Assembly: GCA_965648905.1 (NCBI GenBank)
Contig: CBFGIT010000004.1
Span: forward strand, 32,001-96,000
DNA from: a candidate division WOR-3 bacterium
Lineage (GTDB): Bacteria > Hydrothermota > Tepidihabitantia > Tepidihabitantales > Tepidihabitantaceae
Direction of reading: 5' to 3'
Length of the DNA: 64,000 bases
In this document: positions 59,848-64,000 of the stretch, in pieces
How positions within the stretch are numbered: position 1 is the stretch's first letter
Layout: every line of letters begins with the position of its first letter
The notes under the pieces: model-generated
The model's database searches: none
What the model saw: the letters and a program-made list of their open reading frames with translations, nothing else
What the model was told of the DNA's origin: nothing
Position numbers and translations under genes: made by a program

Positions 59848-61008
59848 CTACTCGCTCCTCAGCGCTTTGATCGGCTTGGCACGCGCGGCGCGCAGCGCCG
59901 GGTAGAAGCCAGCGACGACCGCGATGCCAAGGACAAATGCCAGCACCAGCAGGAAACTGCCGGGCTCGAGCGCCACCACGCTGCCCCTGGGCGCGAGCGG
60001 CAGGAATCTCTTCACCACATTCTCGATGAGCCGCCCGCCGACCACTGCGAGCCCGAGCCCGCCGGCCCCGCCGAGCAGCGCCAAGATCAGCGTCTCAAGC
60101 CAGACCAGTCCGAAGATGTGCATCTCACTCGCTCCGGTCGCACGCATCACGCCGATATCGCGCGTCCGCTCGAATACCGACATCAGGACGGTATTGAGCA
60201 CGCCGAGAGCCGAGATGACGATGATAATCAGCACGATCGAGAGCAGGAGCGAGCGGGCCGCACCCATCAGGGTCATCATCGTGCCGAGCAACTCGCCCAT
60301 CGTGATTACCTCGGCACCCTTGATGCCTGCGAGCCTGGCCGTGACTGTGGGCGCGTCCTCCGGGTCTTTGAGCCGGATCGAGATCGCGGTCAGCTTGCCC
60401 TCCTGCTTGAACAGCCGCTGCGCGGTCGCGAGCGGGATATGGAAGAACCCGTCGTCCTCGGTACCGGTTGGCGCCAGCCTGCCGACGACGTTGAACGTCG
60501 CATCTTCCTCGGGCAGGTAGAGCTGGTCCCCGACCGACGAAAGCTCGATGAGCGAGACGTCGTGGCCGATGACCACGTCGTCGGGGTGTTCGAGGAACCT
60601 GCCTTCGATTTTCCACCAGTTCTTCAGTCGAAGCGTAGCCGAATCGATGCCGACGTAGATGTCGGTCCGTCCCTCTTCCGGCCGGATAACTCCGCTCATG
60701 AAGCTGGGCGCGGCAAGGTCGATTTCCGGTATCTTGCGTACGTCGTCGAGCACCTCGGCCGGCAGGTAGCTCGGGATCTTGCCGCCCTTGAGGATAAGCG
60801 AAGCAGCCTCGTAGGGACAGCCGACCGGCACGACCATCATGTGGATACCCATGCCCTGAAGTTGAGTCGTGAGCGCCTTCTCATACCCGCGATTGAACGA
60901 GACCAGAGTGAAGAGCACGGCCACCGCCATGATCATGCTTGCCAGAGTCAGGACCGTCCGTGTCCGGTGCGCGAACAGGTTCTTGAAGGCGAACCGGGTG
61001 AAGTTCAC
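59848..61008 (-). CDS. MacB/FtsX-family ABC permease
   Basis: KNLFAHRTRTVLT, ERTRDIGVMRATG and YPALRAA motifs. Confidence 0.92.
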   Translation of the reverse strand: MNFTRFAFKNLFAHRTRTVLTLASMIMAVAVLFTLVSFNRGYEKALTTQLQGMGIHMMVVPVGCPYEAASLILKGGKIPSYLPAEVLDDVRKIPEIDLAAPSFMSGVIRPEEGRTDIYVGIDSATLRLKNWWKIEGRFLEHPDDVVIGHDVSLIELSSVGDQLYLPEEDATFNVVGRLAPTGTEDDGFFHIPLATAQRLFKQEGKLTAISIRLKDPEDAPTVTARLAGIKGAEVITMGELLGTMMTLMGAARSLLLSIVLIIIVISALGVLNTVLMSVFERTRDIGVMRATGASEMHIFGLVWLETLILALLGGAGGLGLAVVGGRLIENVVKRFLPLAPRGSVVALEPGSFLLVLAFVLGIAVVAGFYPALRAARAKPIKALRSE

Positions 61009-61619
61009 TGGTCCTTCCCTATCCGGTTCAACCCGAGCTCGTCGTGCACAACCAAGAGCTTACGCACGGCATTGGCCACGGCCTGCGAGGCCTTCTCCGC
61101 TCCCGGAGCCGCAGCCTTCAATCCGGTCCGGTCGTTCGTTCCTCGCCCCTCGTCATTCATCAACCGGAATTCGTCATTCACCCTCATGCCCCTGAATTGT
61201 CCAAGAAATTCCTGGCTGCGCAGCGCCGCCTTGGCCTTCTCCCGGTCGCGTTGGATGCGGACTTCTCTCACTGCGGTTCCGGACTCGGTCGGCACCACTG
61301 CCACGACGACCTCGATTGCCCCGAACTGGCCCTTGCCCGCATGGGTCATCACCGTGCCGACCTGCTTCCCACCTCGATACACCGGAAAGAACTTGAACTG
61401 GGTCTCGTCCGGGTCGAGCGCAAACCCCAGCCGCTTCTCGATGCGCGCGCGCTGTGCCGCGGAGATATCCGCGAACACCGTCCTGTAGCTGCCACCGGAG
61501 CCGAACATGCCCGCGATGTCCGAGTCCGGCTGCCGCCAGACACACAGCGCAGCGGTCACTTGGCCCGCGACGAGCCCAAGCGCCAGGCTAGAAGCGAACC
61601 ACCAGTTGCGTCGCAACAT
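61005..61619 (-). CDS. Periplasmic FMN-binding-domain-like protein
   Basis: Signal peptide; GKGQFGAIEVVVAV and FLGQFRG motifs. Confidence 0.6.
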   Translation of the reverse strand: MLRRNWWFASSLALGLVAGQVTAALCVWRQPDSDIAGMFGSGGSYRTVFADISAAQRARIEKRLGFALDPDETQFKFFPVYRGGKQVGTVMTHAGKGQFGAIEVVVAVVPTESGTAVREVRIQRDREKAKAALRSQEFLGQFRGMRVNDEFRLMNDEGRGTNDRTGLKAAAPGAEKASQAVANAVRKLLVVHDELGLNRIGKDQ

Positions 61620-62571
61620 GCCAGTGCCCTTCGCTGAAGCTCATCACGTCCGACCAGCCGCGCTGGTACAGCGTCTGGAGTTCGAACGCCGATACGTTGG
61701 GCGGGTACAGGTTCAGGCCGAGCGACAGGGTGTTGAGCCGGCCGCCGTCGGCGTGAAACCCGTCGACCTCGACCAGCGGTTCCAGCCAGTTGGCGATGGC
61801 ATAGCGCGCTTCGGCGTAGTAGCCGTACACCGCCGCGACGCCCGTCGACCCGTCGCGGCCGGCCACCGCCTCCAGTCGCAGAGTCAAGGGGCCCCAGTCG
61901 GTTGTGTTGTCTAGACCGAACCGGTATTTTCTCTTGTATGACCGGGGACCCTCAACCTGCGCGACAATGCTGTCGATGTGCCAGTAGGGCAGCGAACCCG
62001 CGAGTCCGCTTGCGCCCAACGTCAGCTCGGCGTCGCCCAACAGAAACCTGGGCGCAACTCGAGCGGTGACGAGTTTGTTGCGGTCGTTGTCCATCCGGTC
62101 CGGTCCGTTGCCGTTGGACAACCATAGTGCATACTGCCATCGCTCGAGCGCGCCCAGCACGCCGACTCCGGGGTCGAGGCGCAGACCCAGAGTCCTGGCG
62201 AATGTCGTCTGAATGACCTGGGTGTGGACGTCATAGTCTGCCAGCAGGCCGAACGGAACTACTGCCTGCCCGACGCGTGCTGTCGGCAGGGACAGGCCGA
62301 GTGGCACCAGCGCGTAGGCCTCACCGAAGTGGAATCCCCTCTGCCAGCCCGACATCACTCCGCTCGCGTAGACCTGCACCACTGCCCTGACGAGGTCCCT
62401 GGTCTCGCTCGTCACCTGCGCTTCGAGGAGTGCCTCGGCCGCCATCAGCTCAAAGCTTGAACCGGTCTGGTCGATCATGAATCGGGGATAGAGCGCTCCG
62501 CCCAGCCGGACGTACGTACCGGCCCAAGTCAGAGCCGCGAGCATGCCGACCACCAGACTAGCTCTGGTCAT
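61588..62571 (-). CDS. Putative outer-membrane beta-barrel protein
   Basis: Signal peptide; SNGNG..DNDRNK..ARV motif; C-terminal QLVVRF. Confidence 0.7.
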   Translation of the reverse strand: MTRASLVVGMLAALTWAGTYVRLGGALYPRFMIDQTGSSFELMAAEALLEAQVTSETRDLVRAVVQVYASGVMSGWQRGFHFGEAYALVPLGLSLPTARVGQAVVPFGLLADYDVHTQVIQTTFARTLGLRLDPGVGVLGALERWQYALWLSNGNGPDRMDNDRNKLVTARVAPRFLLGDAELTLGASGLAGSLPYWHIDSIVAQVEGPRSYKRKYRFGLDNTTDWGPLTLRLEAVAGRDGSTGVAAVYGYYAEARYAIANWLEPLVEVDGFHADGGRLNTLSLGLNLYPPNVSAFELQTLYQRGWSDVMSFSEGHWHVATQLVVRF

Positions 62572-62701
62572 GCTTCTCTTTCCGCTCCGGTCCGGGGCCG
62601 AGCGACCGCACCAGGAGCACGACCGACACCACTATCAGTACCCCGAACAGCGCCACGACCGTGATGCCGCTAACCCTATGCAGACCATAGAAACCACACA
62701 T
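62558..62701 (-). CDS. 47-aa single-TM membrane protein (not in ORF track)
   Basis: MCGFYGLHRVSGITVVALFGVLIVVSVVLLVRSLGPGPERKEKHDQS; overlaps the start of the next gene. Confidence 0.6.
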   Translation of the reverse strand: MCGFYGLHRVSGITVVALFGVLIVVSVVLLVRSLGPGPERKEKHDQS

Positions 62702-62715
62702 CTCAGATTAGCCTA

Positions 62716-62731
62716 TGCAAGCACCATGCCA
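62716..62731 (-). promoter_or_regulatory. Sigma-54 (-24/-12) promoter
   Basis: TGGCATGGTGCTTGCA on the minus strand, one mismatch to TGGCACG-N4-TTGCW. Confidence 0.75.
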
Positions 62732-62930
62732 CGCGTCCCCCGACCCGCAAGGCACGCAATTTGCAGCCCCTCCGCGCCAAGGCCGCGCTGGAAGTCAACC
62801 TGGCCTGTGCGCTATGCTACAGTTGTCTGTGGGAAATCAGACAGGAACGCCCGGTGTCGCTACGACAGCCCGTGCTTCTTCATGCGGTGAAGCAGCGTCG
62901 CACGGGAAATGCCCAGCATCTCGGCCAGCA

Positions 62931-63869
62931 TCAGTCCGGCTCATGGCCGGGGTTGATGGTGAGTGAATCGAGGTCGCGGACCGTGGCGTAAGGCACATAG
63001 CCCTTAGCCCGGGCCCGGGCGTAGAAATCGTCGATGTGCTCGGGACGACGCACATAGTCGGTCACGAGCACGAGTCTGCCCGCCTGCCTGAATACGTCAA
63101 GTCCGGCAATCGCGACTGCAGTCTCCCCGGCTGACTTGGGGGCGTCGCCGTCGTACCACACATCTTCCCGGCCGATGCCGGTGACGGTCTGAACATAGTC
63201 CTGATGCCTGGACAGGGCTTCTGCGTTCTGCGGGAACACGCCGAACCCGGCCATTCCCGGCCGACTGCGGGCATGCGCTGCAATCGCCTTGACGAAGTCG
63301 ACCATCTCCGTTTCCGCGGTTGTCCGGTTGAGCCCGCTTTCACCGCCCGGGCCCCAGTACTCATAGGTGTCCACAATATCAAGATACACACCGTCGAACC
63401 CTGCGCCGGTAATCTTGTCCAAGTAGGCGAAGACGACTGACTGCCAGTCCGGGTCCCAATAGCGCACCTTATAGTTACCGAGCCATTCCGGGTTCGAGGG
63501 CCCAAGCCAGGCCGGAGCGCCCGGGTCCGGCTCGCCGTCGTGGTCTTCATCCCAGCTTTCCTGCCAGTACCAGCGGTAGTCTTCTGCCTCGCCGATGCTC
63601 AGATAGGCGAGCACCAGTTTGGGCCCGCCCGGGCCGGACTTCAGAACGGCGACCTGCTCGGCTGAGAGCCTTTGCTCATCGCTGCCGTCGAGCGAGTAGT
63701 CAATCACGCACAGGTCGAAGCACGTGTTGCTCATTGCCTCAATGTCGACGTTCTGCAATTGGTAGGTGAAGTCGTTGACACTCTGCCAGTCAGGCGTACC
63801 CGTCCCTTCGCGGTTACACGCTAGAAACGCGGCCCAAACTGCCATTACACCCGCGCAGCGTATCAGCAT
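62931..63869 (-). CDS. MJ1477/TM1410-like glycoside hydrolase (GH114-like) lipoprotein
   Basis: FTYQLQN, LAYLSIGEAEDYRWYW and GFDGVYLDIVD motifs. Confidence 0.9.
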   Translation of the reverse strand: MLIRCAGVMAVWAAFLACNREGTGTPDWQSVNDFTYQLQNVDIEAMSNTCFDLCVIDYSLDGSDEQRLSAEQVAVLKSGPGGPKLVLAYLSIGEAEDYRWYWQESWDEDHDGEPDPGAPAWLGPSNPEWLGNYKVRYWDPDWQSVVFAYLDKITGAGFDGVYLDIVDTYEYWGPGGESGLNRTTAETEMVDFVKAIAAHARSRPGMAGFGVFPQNAEALSRHQDYVQTVTGIGREDVWYDGDAPKSAGETAVAIAGLDVFRQAGRLVLVTDYVRRPEHIDDFYARARAKGYVPYATVRDLDSLTINPGHEPD

Positions 63870-64000
63870 ACGTCCTGCTCCTTCGGTCCACTGGTCTGCG
63901 CAGCCACGAGCAGCAGGTTCAGCACGGCCAGCACGATGAACCCGGCAAGTCCGGACACGCCGGCAAGCAGGTCGCTTCCCCCGGTCGTCATCAACAGCGC
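63863..64000 (-). CDS. 3' end of a membrane protein, probably CPBP (Abi) family intramembrane protease
   Basis: GGSDLLAGVSGLAGFIVLAVLNLLL then stop; truncated by the window edge. Confidence 0.5.
   Translation of the reverse strand, partial: ALLMTTGGSDLLAGVSGLAGFIVLAVLNLLLVAAQTSGPKEQDVC

Overview
GC-rich bacterial chromosomal window. Many secreted proteins with T9SS-type C-terminal sorting domains, Kelch/BNR/PQQ propellers and PKD lipoproteins suggest candidate phylum WOR-3 or a relative (inference). Layout: (1) 1-18 kb housekeeping: fhs, a methyltransferase, recA-recX, divergent glnA/asnA, a DASS transporter and a P-type ATPase with altered ion-binding residues. (2) 19-40 kb: a co-directional array of surface/lipoprotein genes with paralogous and decaying copies. 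(3) 40.7-48 kb: AlkD-like protein, S41 peptidase, HEAT-repeat protein, two small DMT/EamA transporters. (4) 48-56.7 kb: a selenium-linked redox gene cluster (methyltransferase, double-cubane-cluster reductase plus ATPase activator, a hidden UxxC micro-selenoprotein with a SECIS-like hairpin, two exported Omp28-like CxxC proteins, DUF3343-like, YedF-like, Sec-containing SelD), preceded by a possible leaderless CxxU uORF. (5) 56.8-62.7 kb: a putative sigma-54-driven envelope operon with a two-permease/two-ATPase MacB-type ABC system. (6) A GH114-like hydrolase and a partial CPBP-like gene. Small palindromes and 7-bp repeats sit in frame inside several genes. No rRNA, tRNA, CRISPR array, transposase or integrase was recognised. 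All family calls are by eye from motifs; no database search was run.
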